Shown one piece after another: positions 14,075-26,600 of a stretch of DNA of 64,000 nt (its first letter is position 1; each line of letters begins with the position of its first letter). Origin of the DNA: Lytechinus pictus (taxonomy: Eukaryota); contig NC_087252.1 in assembly GCF_037042905.1 (NCBI RefSeq), positions 10,976,001 through 11,040,000 of the forward strand. The letters run 5' to 3'. Both the position numbers and the translations under genes were made by a program. The notes under the pieces are model-generated. The model saw only the letters and a program-made list of their open reading frames with translations, ran no database searches and had not been told where the DNA came from.

Positions 14075-14985
14075 CTTCGCCGGTTAAAAATAATCAGCAG
14101 TGTGCTGCCTGCAAATAACTGGCGCCAATCAAGAATAATCAGCGCCACCTTAATCTAAATCGGCGCCGGACAAGAATAATCAGCGCCATTTGGTTATAAA
14201 TAATAATAATAATAATAATAATACAGGTATATTTACCCAGGGAAGCCGCTTCAGTTCCGAAAACTGTTCTCCCAGCGGGCCCTGCTATTATTATTACCCC
14301 GGCTTTAGCTGGGCTACCTAGGCGCTCAAAGCATTGAAGGAATTTCTTCCTACCGGGTACCCATTCATCTCACCTGGGTTGAGTGCAGCACAGTGTGGAT
14401 AAATTTCTTGCTGAAGGAAATTACGCCATGGCTGGGATTCGAACCCACGACCCTCTGTTTCAAAGTCCGAAGACTAATCCACTGGGCCACAACGCTCCAC
14501 TATAAATCGGCGCCAGTCGAGAAAAATCGGCACTGCCAGAGTCTTAACCGGCGCCGATCAAGGATAATCAGCGCCACCTAAATCTAAATCGGGGCCGGAC
14601 AAGAATAATCAGCGTCATCTGGTTATAAATCGGCGCTGCCAGAGTCTTAACTGGCGCCGATCAAGAATAATCAGCTCCACCTAAATCTAAATCGGCGCCG
14701 GGCAAGAATAATCAGCACCACCTGGTTAAAAATCGGCGCCAGTCAAGAATAATCGGCGCCTCCTGGTTCTAAATCGGCGCCAGTCAATTATGAATTGCCG
14801 CTGCCTGAAGCTTACGTGACGTCGGTAAAAATAATCAGCACTACTTGTTCTAAATCGGCGCCGGTCAAGAATAATCAGCGTCCCCTAGTTCCAATAAATA
14901 GGCGCCGGTAGAATAATGAAGAAGGGCCTATTGCCAACCAAATCTAGATCGGCGCCGGTCAAGAATGATCCGCGGCACCTGGTTA
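14075..14985. repeat. About 41-bp tandem array (AAATCGGCGCCGGTCAAGAATAATCAGCGCCACCTGGTTCT-like) inside the hAT-like element
   Basis: Repeated ggcgcc/aagaataatcagc units, interrupted by a SINE. Confidence 0.85.
14202..14500 (-). mobile_element. tRNA-derived SINE (SURF1/Deu-SINE-like), full length
   Basis: Minus-strand head with A box TGGCCCAGTGG and B box GGTTCGAATCC; (TAT)n tail; TSD TATAAAT (14195-14201, 14501-14507). Confidence 0.9.
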
Positions 14986-15966
14986 TACATCTTATTGTTG
15001 AATGGTCATAACAAAGCTTATCGCATGCCCTTACAGAGTGGACTGGGGGGGGGGGGGGCAGTTGCCCACAGAATGACAGATGTCATGAAATCTTTAATTT
15101 ATTTTAAAAATCCCAGAATCATACACAAGCGTAAAGCAAAACCTTTGATTTTGGTCTTATTTTCCAATGCTTTAATAAAAAGAAGGTCAGTCACTTTTCT
15201 TCTTTACACATTCTACATTGTGCCACCTCTATGGCCTTTAGTTTAAGACAGCTACTATAGTGTTTTATGAAGATGATTCGATATTTTAGCCCAAAACTTT
15301 GCTAAAACCCGTTTCTAGTACCGGGAGTGTATAATTACGCAACCAGTCGTATATTGAGATTGAGCTAGACAACTCGTTCTTTATTTAAAATCGTGCTTAA
15401 ATTATCCGCTTCTCAGATTGGAATATAAAAATTTTCAGCTCGCGCTTCGCGCTCGCATCATTTCTGTAGCAAAACCCCATACTTTTCATGATTAAATAGG
15501 TGAATAGAATGTCCCTTTTCAGGACTAAACGTCAAAAGAACTCCCGCTTCGATTTGCAATAATCTTTTGCTGGATATAATCTTGTTCTTTATTACAAACG
15601 TCCATTAAATTGTCATTTTTTTTCAGATCGAAATATCAAAATTTTCAGCTCGCCCTCGGAACTCGCATTGTCTGTGTAGTGAGATAATTATGTATCCTCC
15701 TCATGAGTTACTACAAACAGTCCTAAACAGGCACCCTTTTCCTGTTTTCAGGTCAGTATACTAAAAAATTTCAGCTCGCGCTTCGCGCTCACATTAATTT
15801 GTTGGTGAGATATGTGTTTCTATCTCATGAGTCATATAAATATATATATATATGCATATGTGTGTGTGTGTTTGTGTGAGTTTGTTTGTTTTGTGTGATA
15901 TCGAGCGCCTTTGGAAAGTTGATTCATGATGTTGCCCCCCAAATCTTAAAAAAAGGATTGACGCCC

Positions 15967-16013
<47 letters not shown>

Positions 16014-17869
16014 GTAAAAAAAACTTGTTTCTCTATTAATATACAAAAGTATTGGCCTCATCGCAATAAAAGGGTTAATACACGAGATTTTGAAATCGCA
16101 CATAACATGCATAATTTGTGTTACTTTTTGCTTGTTTCTTTCTTTAATAAGTTTTTCAATCTCTCTCTATATATGTTTTAGAAAGATTATATGTTTAAAT
16201 TGATGTATATTTCTGTTATAATGAGTTATGTTTAGGTGGACTTCAGGGAATGGTCGTACGCAGCAAGGGGGAAGGGGGGGGGCACATTCGCGATCTGCTG
16301 TTGTGAAAAACACTTTTTTTTCTTTAACATTTCATGAAAACTGTGCAAATGTGAGATGTGCACCAAATTTTCGAGTCTTGCCCCCCCCCCCGGAAATATT
16401 ATCTGTGCGTGGTCATGCAAAATGGCATGACTGGAAATCCTACATTTTGAAAAGAGCATTTGACAGGGTCAGACTTTGCCCCTTTTTCAACATTTTCTTT
16501 TATGGCGCCGGTGAAGTGCAAAAATATGTGTGCCGCTCGGCAGTGCGCCCCCCCCCCCTTTCGCCAAAAGCTGGATCCGCCTATGTTACCGTCATGAAGA
16601 ACTACCCTTTAACAATGGAAGACCCAAAATAAATATTTTTAAGATGGTGGATATCTTAAAGTTAATTTGGCAATAATCTCTTTCATACCTTTCTCGTTTT
16701 CTTTATAAATTTTCCTTTTCCTTATCTGTTATCTTTATTTTCGTAATTCGCACCCCCTAAATCAGGCATTTCGTTTCGCATGGACTCACATTGTATTAAT
16801 TTCCTCATAATCCAATGTCTATTAAAGAGAAAGTTTCATTTTGGAAATGCTGTCAAAATCACATTTCTTAAGATGACGAAGTGTGTTTAACATGTTAACT
16901 ATTGATAGAAGCTCTTATTTTTGTCATTTTTTTTTATTACGTGCGACAGAAAGAATACAATGGCCACAGTGAAAGCTGCCTTTCTTTTCGTTTCCCCCTT
17001 CGCTTTTCCTTTCCACTCATTATCCTCTCTTTGTGTCTGTGTGAGTGAGTGAGGAGGGGGGGGGGGTTGTTGGGGACGACCGACCCTCGCTATGTACCTG
17101 GTTACACTGTGTTCCATATTGTTTATTCACTTTTTGCATTGTGTGCCGTATTCAACAAACATGAGATTATGATTGGTCAAAAGTCAAAAGCGTCCTATTA
17201 CTGACAGAATTTTGCGGGTGTGTACCACCAAAAAAAATCCACTTAAATTCGACAAATTTACAATGAAATAGTTTCGAACAAAACAAAAATATCCGCAGAG
17301 GTGTTCCTTCACCAAAAAACAATTAAATATGAAATCCATCCGTTAAATTTTAAATGAGTTTAAATAATTGGCAAAATTGTCACCTATTCTATAATAATCA
17401 CACAAAACAAAGTTTAGTCATCCGAGTCAGTTGGACTTTTCCTATTGTCGGGATCGGAGTCTTTACTTATAAAAGAAAACAACAAAGATAATGATAATAT
17501 TGATAATAACAATAATAGTGATAATAATAATAATAATAATGATAACAATAATAATAATAAATGGTAATCTCTTTTCACATGTTGAGTTAGAAAATTGTGA
17601 ATGTAGTTCATAATAAAAAAAACATTCGTTTGTATTTAAAAGATTACGTAGGCCTACTACTCTTCAAGATTTCAAGGGATAACCTTTCCCCCAAAACATA
17701 TTTCTTTAATTGAACAACAAATGAATAGGCCATACACACACCAACAACCGATATGTAGCGAATAACTTTATTTCGTTTAAATTCTGATTTTTAGACACAA
17801 CTCTGATTGATTTTAATACCGCGTGTACAGTACTCGTTGAAATAGTGGATGGAAAGAATATAAATACAA

Positions 17870-17871
<2 letters not shown>

Positions 17872-17937
<66 letters not shown>

Positions 17938-17938
17938 C

Positions 17939-18024
<86 letters not shown>
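17872..18024. repeat. (TA)n microsatellite
   Basis: About 150 nt of TA with one interruption. Confidence 0.98.
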
Positions 18025-18027
<3 letters not shown>

Positions 18028-18029
18028 GT

Positions 18030-18075
18030 GTCCTGATGAGCCGCCTGTGACCGAGGCGCGAAACCATTGGTAGAC
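18030..18075 (+). ncRNA. Type I minimal hammerhead ribozyme motif (Penelope-like pLTR remnant)
   Basis: GTC-CTGATGA-G(C)CGCCT gtgaccg AGGCG C-GAAA-CCA t TGG-TA-GAC; complete core; flanked by (TA)n on both sides. Confidence 0.75.
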
Positions 18076-18265
18076 CAGAGATGAGGAAAATTCCTATAAC
18101 GCTCTGCTTCAGTTGAAACATCGAGCACTTTCCTTGAACTTGATACATTTCAATTTAATTTGTATATCTATCTATATATATATATATATAAGACATCAGA
18201 AATGCGAAACAAATTCACGAGTAATGCAGTTTTTGAAGTGCCAACAATTAAGTTCTTTTATTCAA

Positions 18266-18306
18266 TCTCCAAATTTTCGGTAGACATCTACCTTCTTCAG
18301 GGAAGA
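18266..18306 (-). ncRNA. Minimal hammerhead-like motif, duplicated as a 36-bp perfect inverted repeat (18271-18343)
   Basis: Minus strand TCTTCC-CTGAAGA-A-GGTAG atgt CTACC-GAAA-AT-TT-GGAGA, followed by AATAAA and then (TA)n. Confidence 0.6.
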
Positions 18307-18341
18307 TTCTTCCCTGAAGAAGGTAGATGTCTACCGAAAAT

Positions 18342-19765
18342 TTACTTGTAGCTCCATACAACAAAATAACGACAGGCAGGAAGCAAGGCATTCAGTTCTC
18401 ATAACTTTACTGAAGAAATCATGCTCATCCTGTCGCAGCAGGTTCCATTAAATATTGAACAGATCGAGTTTCGTTCTGATCTTGACCTTATAATGGCTCA
18501 TAATCGAGCATGGGGCTCGATTATACTCAACGATTCAGGAGGCCGCTTGTCAGGCCATTAAATTCAATCTTCTTTTAAAAACAGTTAAGGTCATGAAATA
18601 AATCTTTACAACAACAGCAATGGTAATTATAACTACTATTTATACCCGAACAGTGAAGAACAATTAACAATAATAATAAAAAAAAATCTCAGCAAATAAT
18701 GCTTAAATACATTTAAAAGAAAATACCTAAATAATCGATTACAACGATTACTGAATTTCCCTATGCAACTATATACATGGATTAAAATGTATTCTACGCT
18801 CTTCACTGTTAGGAAACCATGCTGAACATTAAATAAACCTTTCATTTCTTTACACAATATATATATATTTATATATATTGTAGCCGAACCGACTATCTCT
18901 CCTGACGAGCTGGTTCGTTTCGGCTGCAATATACAACCAGTTGGTGTAAAGTCCGTCTTTGCACTTCTGACTCTTTGCTCCTTCTCAGTAAATTGGATTA
19001 TATCTCATGGATTTGAACATCTCCGTCATTCTGTATCTCCCTTATCTCAGTCATTCCAGTATTCAGTATCTCAGTAATTTCAGTACTTTCAGTATCCTCA
19101 CTCATCTCAGTATTTTCAGCATCCCGCGGTAAATTCAGTATTTTCAGTATCTCAGTAAAGTCAGTATTCTCACTCCTCCTGTAGTTAGTACTTCTTCTTT
19201 TCCAACCATGTTACCTGTAGCTCCATACCACAAAACAAATACAAGCCGGAAGGGAGGCATTCAGTTCTTATAATTTTACTGAAAAATCATGCTCATACTG
19301 TCGCAACAAGTTCCCAACAATTTAAACAGCGTTTCGTTCAGAAACCTCTTACTGTCAAGCATATTACATGGCTCATAATTGAGCATTGATGCTCAACCAT
19401 TCCGGAGGCCGCTTGTCAGTCGGTAAATTTATAGCTTATTTTAAAAACAGTTAAAGTTGTGAAATAAATCTATTTTCAGCAACTGTAATTGTAATCGACA
19501 CTTCTATATAATACCCGAACAGTACACAATAATTAAAGATACATATCTAACATAATCATATAGTTGTAAACATCGTTATTTCTCAGCAAATAGTGCTTAA
19601 ATACATAAAGAAAATACCTGCATAATTGATTACAAACGGTTACCGAATTTCCCTTATGCAACTATATAATGGATTAAAATTTATTCTACGCTCTTCACTG
19701 TTACGGAACCATGCTGAACATTAAAAAAAAAAACACTTTCATTTCGTTACAATATATATATATAC
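18342..19765. repeat. Diverged direct duplication of about 530 bp (18342-18870 and 19211-19765)
   Basis: Both copies start TTAC(T/C)TGTAGCTCCATAC, share ATTCTACGCTCTTCACTGTTA and GGAAACCATGCTGAACATTAAA-like blocks, and end at TA tracts. Confidence 0.9.
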
Positions 19766-20147
19766 ATCTGGGTGAGGGTGTGTATGTGTGCGTCATGTGT
19801 GTGTATATATGTATTGATAATTGTGACACAATTATCCCCATTATATTCATAATATTTATTCTTTAATGTTATGAGCACTTAAAGCAATGTCATTTAACTT
19901 GTTTTCGGTTTAAAAATAGACATTGCTGCGGTAGCCTGTCATATCAAATGGCGTTCGTAATAAACCTGTCAAACTAGTTGATAGGCCCCTTACAGAATGA
20001 GTTTTGTTTCGATGGAGCTCGAAGAATTGATCACAAGTCTAGATTTTTATTGATTTGATTTGTTGAAAAATAAAATTGGGTTTGACTCTGTAGAGTTGCA
20101 TTTGATTGCAAATGATCTTTCGGCAACGTGCCCCTGAAATGATGCGC

Positions 20148-20156
20148 TATATAAAA
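20148..20156 (+). promoter_or_regulatory. Candidate TATA box of GPCR1
   Basis: TATATAAAA about 220 nt upstream of the ATG, within the upstream block shared with the paralogue. Confidence 0.45.
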
Positions 20157-20372
20157 GTGCTTCCTGTAATAAAGTCTTCAGTTGGAGTCCTGCTTTTGAT
20201 ATTTCCCATGATGAATGGATTATTTGAAGAGGAGTTATCTCAGAGCATTCGGTCGATCGTGATAAATAAATACAATATAAACTGTATATTCGTGGATCCC
20301 GCTGATTTGCCCGACCTGCAAATACCTCAAGGTGTTTTTACTCAAAAAATTGTCAATTAACAACCACTAACA

Positions 20373-21305
20373 ATGATGGCCATAGATATTATTATATGCT
20401 TAGTATTTCTTTTCACCGGACTTCTCGTCTTATCGACAAATATCTGTTCCCTCGTTATCCTTAAAAAACATTGGAGTATTTTTGAAGATGTTCCACGATT
20501 TCTTTACCGGTGTATTGGAGTGCTAGACCTACTAAGCGGGCTCTCAGGATGCACGTTTCAAATTCTAAAGAGTGTTGAAAATGGCTGCATTCTTTCAGGG
20601 CAGATAGACCGAGTCCTAATCCTGATATTTCATTTTGGGCTTCTATTATCCGCCATTACAATTTCATGTCTCAATGTCGACCGGTATATCGCGATAGCCA
20701 AACCACTACGTTATCCGTCGATCGTGAACATCCGTTCTGCCTCATTTTGTTTCGGTTTAGCTATATGCTTCCCCTCATTCTTTCTAATCCTAGGCTTCGT
20801 TCCTGGATCGCCTGTCTACATTCTGTCTACCGTGCCCATCACTTGTAACAACAAGACCTTATCGAGTGGAAACTTTACCTCTTCGGACATAGCAATCGCC
20901 GGCTCATTATATGCCATGTCTCTCATACCAATATTCACTGGTATAACACTGAGTATAATAACAATGGTTATAGCTACTCGGCAAGCTCGAGCCATTGCCG
21001 CCCAAGCCTTTCCTCGTGGGATTAATGTCAATGGTGTAGGACCTCGTAGGGCTAATCTCAAAGGGGTCAAGACTGTCTTGATCATCAGTGTTGTAAATGT
21101 AATTTCTTGGGTACCAACTATTGCACAGACGTTCGGTGAGATTACAACAAATAACCACACAATTCAAAGAACCCTAGGCGTACTTCTATATTTCTTATCA
21201 CTTGTGAATTCCTGGAGCAATGCTTTCGTGTTTGCTCGTACCAATGCAGCCTATCGCCGAGCAGCTCGTGACAGCTTTCGATCAATACTCTGCTTTAAAA
21301 ATTGA
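20373..21305 (+). CDS. Single-exon class A (rhodopsin-like) GPCR, 310 aa, putative chemoreceptor (GPCR1)
   Basis: Seven hydrophobic segments; TM1 N, TM2 LDLL, DRYIAIAKPLRY, TM6 SWVP, TM7 NSWSNAFVF. Confidence 0.95.
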   Translation: MMAIDIIICLVFLFTGLLVLSTNICSLVILKKHWSIFEDVPRFLYRCIGVLDLLSGLSGCTFQILKSVENGCILSGQIDRVLILIFHFGLLLSAITISCLNVDRYIAIAKPLRYPSIVNIRSASFCFGLAICFPSFFLILGFVPGSPVYILSTVPITCNNKTLSSGNFTSSDIAIAGSLYAMSLIPIFTGITLSIITMVIATRQARAIAAQAFPRGINVNGVGPRRANLKGVKTVLIISVVNVISWVPTIAQTFGEITTNNHTIQRTLGVLLYFLSLVNSWSNAFVFARTNAAYRRAARDSFRSILCFKN

Positions 21306-21394
21306 TTAGGGTCTATATAGGCTTAACGATTGGGGCGCAATTGGCAAATTGTTCGAATAAATGAAGAACCGGACCCAATACCTGACTTTTTTAT

Positions 21395-21880
21395 TAGACC
21401 TGCAGGACTACAGCCGCTGTACCAAGTAACAAGCTTATGAACATTCGGTCAATATTGAAATACTCGAAACCCAACTCTTTTGACGTTTTTTTTTTTTTTT
21501 TTTTTTTTTTTTGGGGGGGGGGGGTTGTTAGCATTAGAACAGCATCGGAAACTGGTCCAATTAATGGGCAGGCGACGGTGACACAATGTTGAATTTTGGT
21601 TAAATGGAAAGTTGTTGGACAAGCAATAATGATACACCATGTTGCCAACAATGATTAAGATTGGTTGGACAACCCACAAGTCTGTATAGCCAAGGTTTGA
21701 AACTGTTAAGTTTGAAAGTTAATGGACATGATACGATTATGGCACAGCCTTGGAAACTTATTTGTTGCGGGGTTATAGGGAAAATCAAAGATGGCACAAA
21801 GTTGTTGATAACATGTTGATAAAGATTAGGGTAAAATAATGTACGATGATCCATACTTAAAACAATATGAAATGTCATAA
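21395..21880. repeat. Unclassified interspersed repeat rich in GTTGG/CCAAC motifs (related copy at 43600-44045)
   Basis: Shared blocks such as GAAAGTTGTTGGACAA, GGTTGGACAAC, GCCA(A)GGTTTGAAACTGTT and TATGGCACA. Confidence 0.7.
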
Positions 21881-23309
21881 GAAAAAATATCTGAATTATA
21901 ATTGTCTGGTATACTTTAAATAACTTCTGTCACATGATGTCCTGCAGTAAATCGGATACTGAGGTCAGTATGGATAGATGATCAGATGATATCAATTGAG
22001 AGAGTCTTCTTCGAGGCTTGTGATTAGACTGAGTGGCTTGCCAAGTGCCAACCAGGTTAAAGAACTATTCTAGTTCATCAGTTACCGTCCAGATATTCGA
22101 GGAACGAGGACTGTTAGTGTGACTGGAAGTACTTGAATGCTAAAATTGTTACCATAACAAAGAAAATGTACAATGATGTATATGTAAAACATTATCAACT
22201 CTATGTACATGCTACGCATATGTATGCATTATTATATCACAAAGTCATAATAATGGCCAAAAAATAGAAGATATATTTGATTTTAATATAATTCTTATTG
22301 TTAGTCAAATTGTTTAGTATCACTGACTGGGTTCCTTCCTATGTATGGGGGCTGGTCCACTTTTTTTTGCTAGAGCTGCTGTGAGTTATGTGCTGACCGG
22401 ACTTGCCCCTTAAACTGACGATGAACGGGACAACAGGCAGGGCACCAGGACCCACCAGCATGAGGCCAATAATTCCTGCAATAGTGATACAAAACTGTGC
22501 TTATCACCATTATAATTGTTATGTATTGCACTGCACTTTCCACCTCAATATTGTGTTTACCAATATTATATGATGTTGATATTTTGTATATTTTTATTTT
22601 GTATAAATACACTTTTATGCGCACCTAATTGGGGGCCTCCAAGCTTATAAGAAACTTCTGAGTTACCTTGGTTTTCGAACCAATCCAGTGACTCATAGCG
22701 AAGAGGCGCTCTCTTTTACAGTGCCTATTGAGTGTAAAAAAGCTTGCTTGCGCTGCGAAATTTTCTACTATCAAATTAATGACCTTATTATTTACCCTAA
22801 AATATAAGGCCTTATCTACTGAAATGATAAAAAAAAACATTATAGTGATATGATAAAATAATTTTGATTGGCGCAAAACCAACCAACAACCAACAACGAT
22901 TATAATTATAGATGTTGAGAGGATATTTTGATATGAGTAGACTACAAATACAAGTACTTCTTTTGTAGTCTGCCTCTCTTTTTTCTTCAAAAATAACAAC
23001 AACACAACGTTATTTAACTGATGTCATATTTGGGGGTTATAAAATGTATATTCGTATTTTGATATTTATTTCAACTATGATGATTGCAATGTGTTATATA
23101 TCGTATTGTTTGGTATTGATTAACGCGACTTTATTTCCTTCATTTGTATTTAGTTGAAAATGAAATAAATGAAATGTTTCGATTGCAAACGTTGTTGGGC
23201 CAATAACGTTGGTATAATTGATCTGGATATGATATAAGTAAATCACCAAAATCTGAGGATGTGTCATTATCACAATTACACAATTAGCGTGTTCATGTCG
23301 ATGCCATTA

Positions 23310-23611
23310 TAAATAATAATAACAATTGGCATTTATATAGCGCTTTATCAATCTACGACTGTTCAAAGCGATTCATTTATTATTACCCGGTCACTGGATT
23401 CATAGCATTCCAAGCAGCCTGTTAGGCGCAAACTTGCTAAACCAACCACAATGACGGTTGTTTCCTACCGGTACCCAATTAGCACCTGGGTGAGAGTGGC
23501 AAAGTGTGGATTGACGCCTTGCCAAAGGGCGCTAGGCCATGATGGGGTTCGAACACACGACCCTCTGATTACAAGGCGAGAGTCAGAACCGCTACACCAC
23601 GGCGCTTCCAC
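23310..23611 (-). mobile_element. tRNA-derived SINE of a second family
   Basis: Head TGGTGTAGCGG (A box) ... GTTCGAACC (B box); central block TTCCTACCGGTACCCA...CACCTGGGT shared with the SINE at 14202; L2-like tail AAGCGCTATATAAAT + (TAT)n. Confidence 0.88.
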
Positions 23612-23618
23612 TAGACTA

Positions 23619-26600
23619 TAGTAGACTTGTTAAGAGGTTGAACGCTGCATTTAATGTCCTACTTGGCACAAATGTTCCTTGGGTCAAAAGAAAAAGATTC
23701 ATCCAAAGAGACAAGCTGTATCTATGCAAATAAGCAAGTAATTTGCATAAATTTGCATATTATGTCGATATAGTGAAAACAAGCTTAGTATTTAAGAATA
23801 TATATTTAACCAGAACTGCTCTAAAATTGGAAACAAAGACTTAGGGTATGAAAGGGAAAACAATTGTCATTAAAGGATTGGGATATCCTTGTTTACTATT
23901 ACCTAATTTACATGAATTATGCAAATTATTATTTAAAACAGAGTATCTTTTCATGAATCCTGGACTGTTTCATTAATAACAGTAATTAATGCACAATGTC
24001 AACATTCTACATGAAAGAGAATATATTAGCGAAAACATCGATATGCTTCATGACAGTATTAGTGTCTTAATTTTCTTAGAAAGAGGGCAAATGTGTCAAA
24101 ATGTATTACGTGATATTGCGCTAAAACGAGACCAAAACAAACCTCTATTTTACAGTCGCACTCACGAATCCGACTATAAAGCGATAAATGGTATGTCATT
24201 CGAGATAACACAATCTCAACACAATAGCTTCCATCGGCTTCTCGTATCGCTTTTGTTGGTGTGTCTGCCGCACCGTAATCGATGCGTATGTACGGGCAAA
24301 GTACCGTTTAGGTATCGGTAAAACACCATTTGTTTTATGGCATCTCTCGGAAAATTTAGAGGAGAAATGTTGATAATGAAGCTCTGGCACATCAAAAATA
24401 TAAACACATGAATCATGACGAAAATACTCCACCTCAATCCATATTTCAACTTTATTAAAATATATATCTTTTGGAGACCCCGAAGTGGCAAAACTGCATT
24501 CCCGCTACTTTACAAAGCCAGTTTGACATGTATTATCGACTTGGAAAAGACAGATCTATGAGACATCAGTCAACATGTTTCCTGAAGTTTTTGGTTAATT
24601 TAAGCCTATATATACGCCTACCCCTCCCCTCTCCGTATATATATATATATATATACAAATATCGTGTTTTAAAGTCACCGACAAGGCAAATTGCGTTTTT
24701 GGTAAAGCAACTTTTATATTTAGGGAACCTCTTTTATTTAGAGGGGATATTGTTCTGCAGTTTGTAATAATGCTTTAGCACAGTAAAAGCTATAACCCAA
24801 CAAGTGCATGCCTAGGGGATTCTTTCCCCTTATGGTTTTATGTATTCAAAAACTTAATTTATTGTCTTTAGAACTCCCAAAATATTACTTTTGTTTGTAT
24901 TGATATCTTGGAATAGATTGAGGAGAAAATACTCTACAAGTGACATGTAGAGGAGCTGTGGTACATTGAAGAACAGCCACATGTGAGCTCTAAACTACCC
25001 CAACTCCTTTATTGATTCCACTCTATGTTAAAATGAAATAATTTTAGTGCCCCATCAGAAGAAAGATGCATCTCTACTACACAGTAAAGCCGCTTTACAT
25101 TCTCCTCTTTGAAAAAACAGAGAAGGCATTGTTTTATATCACAATCATGAAAATAAGTCCGTGTACATGACGAGGGCCTGTCGAAGTTGCCCCACCCCTT
25201 ATTTTGTTTTGACAATATATATTGAAAATATCATCTTAATGAAGCCCTCATCTGGAAGAGGGCACTTATTAAAAGCAGCATCTATATAGAGGAGGCCCTG
25301 GCACTGGAAAGCGGGGGCTGGAGCACCCCCAAGATTTTCGGGGGGGGGGGGTGGGGATGCTGCGTGTATTATTCTCCATAGACAGCATCCCCAGGAATTC
25401 TGGCAGATGTGACAAAACGAAAACAAAAGTTACCAAAATAACCTTCATTTTGTAGGGCAATCCGTTTTGTTTCTTTGCTTGTTAAATTTCTTGGGACATA
25501 AATGACCTTCATTTTAAAGTGAACCTATTTTGCTTTACAAATTTACATCAGCACCCCCTGTAAAAATCGTTCACAGTTTCCTGGAGGAGACATTGTTCTA
25601 GTGCACAGGTTATACAAATAAGAAATTCTGGCAAATTAAAGCCTACTTCTCAGGGAGTTAGTTTCCCATCCCTTTCCATATTTCGACTTTATTGAAATAT
25701 TTCATGTTTTTGTAGCCCCCACGGTGGCAAAAAGGCGTCTTTAGTATAGTAAAGCAAACATTTTTTTTTTAACCTAGCTCTGTTTGATAGATAGAGGACA
25801 CGTTGCTCTGTCGATTTCATGTTATCAAGTTCACTAGATCCTTTTCCACAAAGGAGCCTGCCTGTCGAAAGTTTCACATCTCATTCCGCATTCGACTCTA
25901 TGTTTGAACTAGCGTCCTTTTGGAACTCTCAATTGGGACAAAACGTCAATTTTTTCTACATGGGAAAGTCACTTCCATTTTTTATTGATTTCTTAAAACA
26001 AAATAGACGGGACACTCTGCCTGTCTGCAAGTTACAGGTAGAGAAAATCCGGCACATTGAATCATATCCAACATTGTGTGCCTGTCGAAGTACCCCCTCA
26101 ATTCTACATACATGTATTATATGACATATTATATAAACCATCCTGGAAAAGATGTACATGAGGCATCATTTCACAAGTTGCATGTAGAAAATTCATGGTA
26201 TAGAGCGTACCTTCATGGTTCCTCACTCCTTTCCATACTACACTTTTTAAACCCCCTTTGGGGCAAAAAGCATTCCTCTTACATTTTTAATAGTTACCAT
26301 GGCTAGCTAATGTAAAGTAAAGGCACCTTTTCCAATGGAACCTCTTCATATTTTGTATTACATTACAAGAAGATAGTGGAAAATGTACCAATACCCTTCT
26401 AAATGAAAGAATACATGTCTATGTTATGAACAATAATATATTTTGATGTGTGCCCGTGTACTAGAAATGCCATGGGGGCTCGGGCTCCAATTGTGAATGG
26501 CTTTGATGTTCCAAGTACTAATGTAACCAGAAGCGTAGGGTCTTCTATTTCTTATCCAAGAGAACAATAAGTATTGAAGTGGTTTTACAGAGTAGCAGAT

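Larger units (their letters stand above)
13818..16585. mobile_element. Non-autonomous DNA transposon with 5-bp TSD (hAT5-like)
   Basis: TIR CAGTGGCGGATCCAG / CTGGATCCGCCTATG; TSD TTACC (13813-13817, 16586-16590); internal GGCGCC tandem array and repeated AAAATTTTCAGCTCGCGCTTCGCGCTCGCA motif. Confidence 0.85.

Noticed and set aside
14420..14500. tRNA gene candidates (also 23540-23611)
   Set aside because: They are SINE heads attached to a SINE body and simple-repeat tail
17706..18148. ORFs with long YIYIYI runs (also near 15924-16181 and 44911-45216)
   Set aside because: Translations of (TA)n tracts
18900..18950. CTGACGA as a further hammerhead core (also CTGAAGA at about 13468 and 56532)
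   Set aside because: No stem II followed by GAAA at a suitable distance
20106..20360. 84-aa ORF in frame upstream of GPCR1 as an N-terminal extension
   Set aside because: Ends at a TAA also present in the paralogue, and the paralogous region has indels and a MITE
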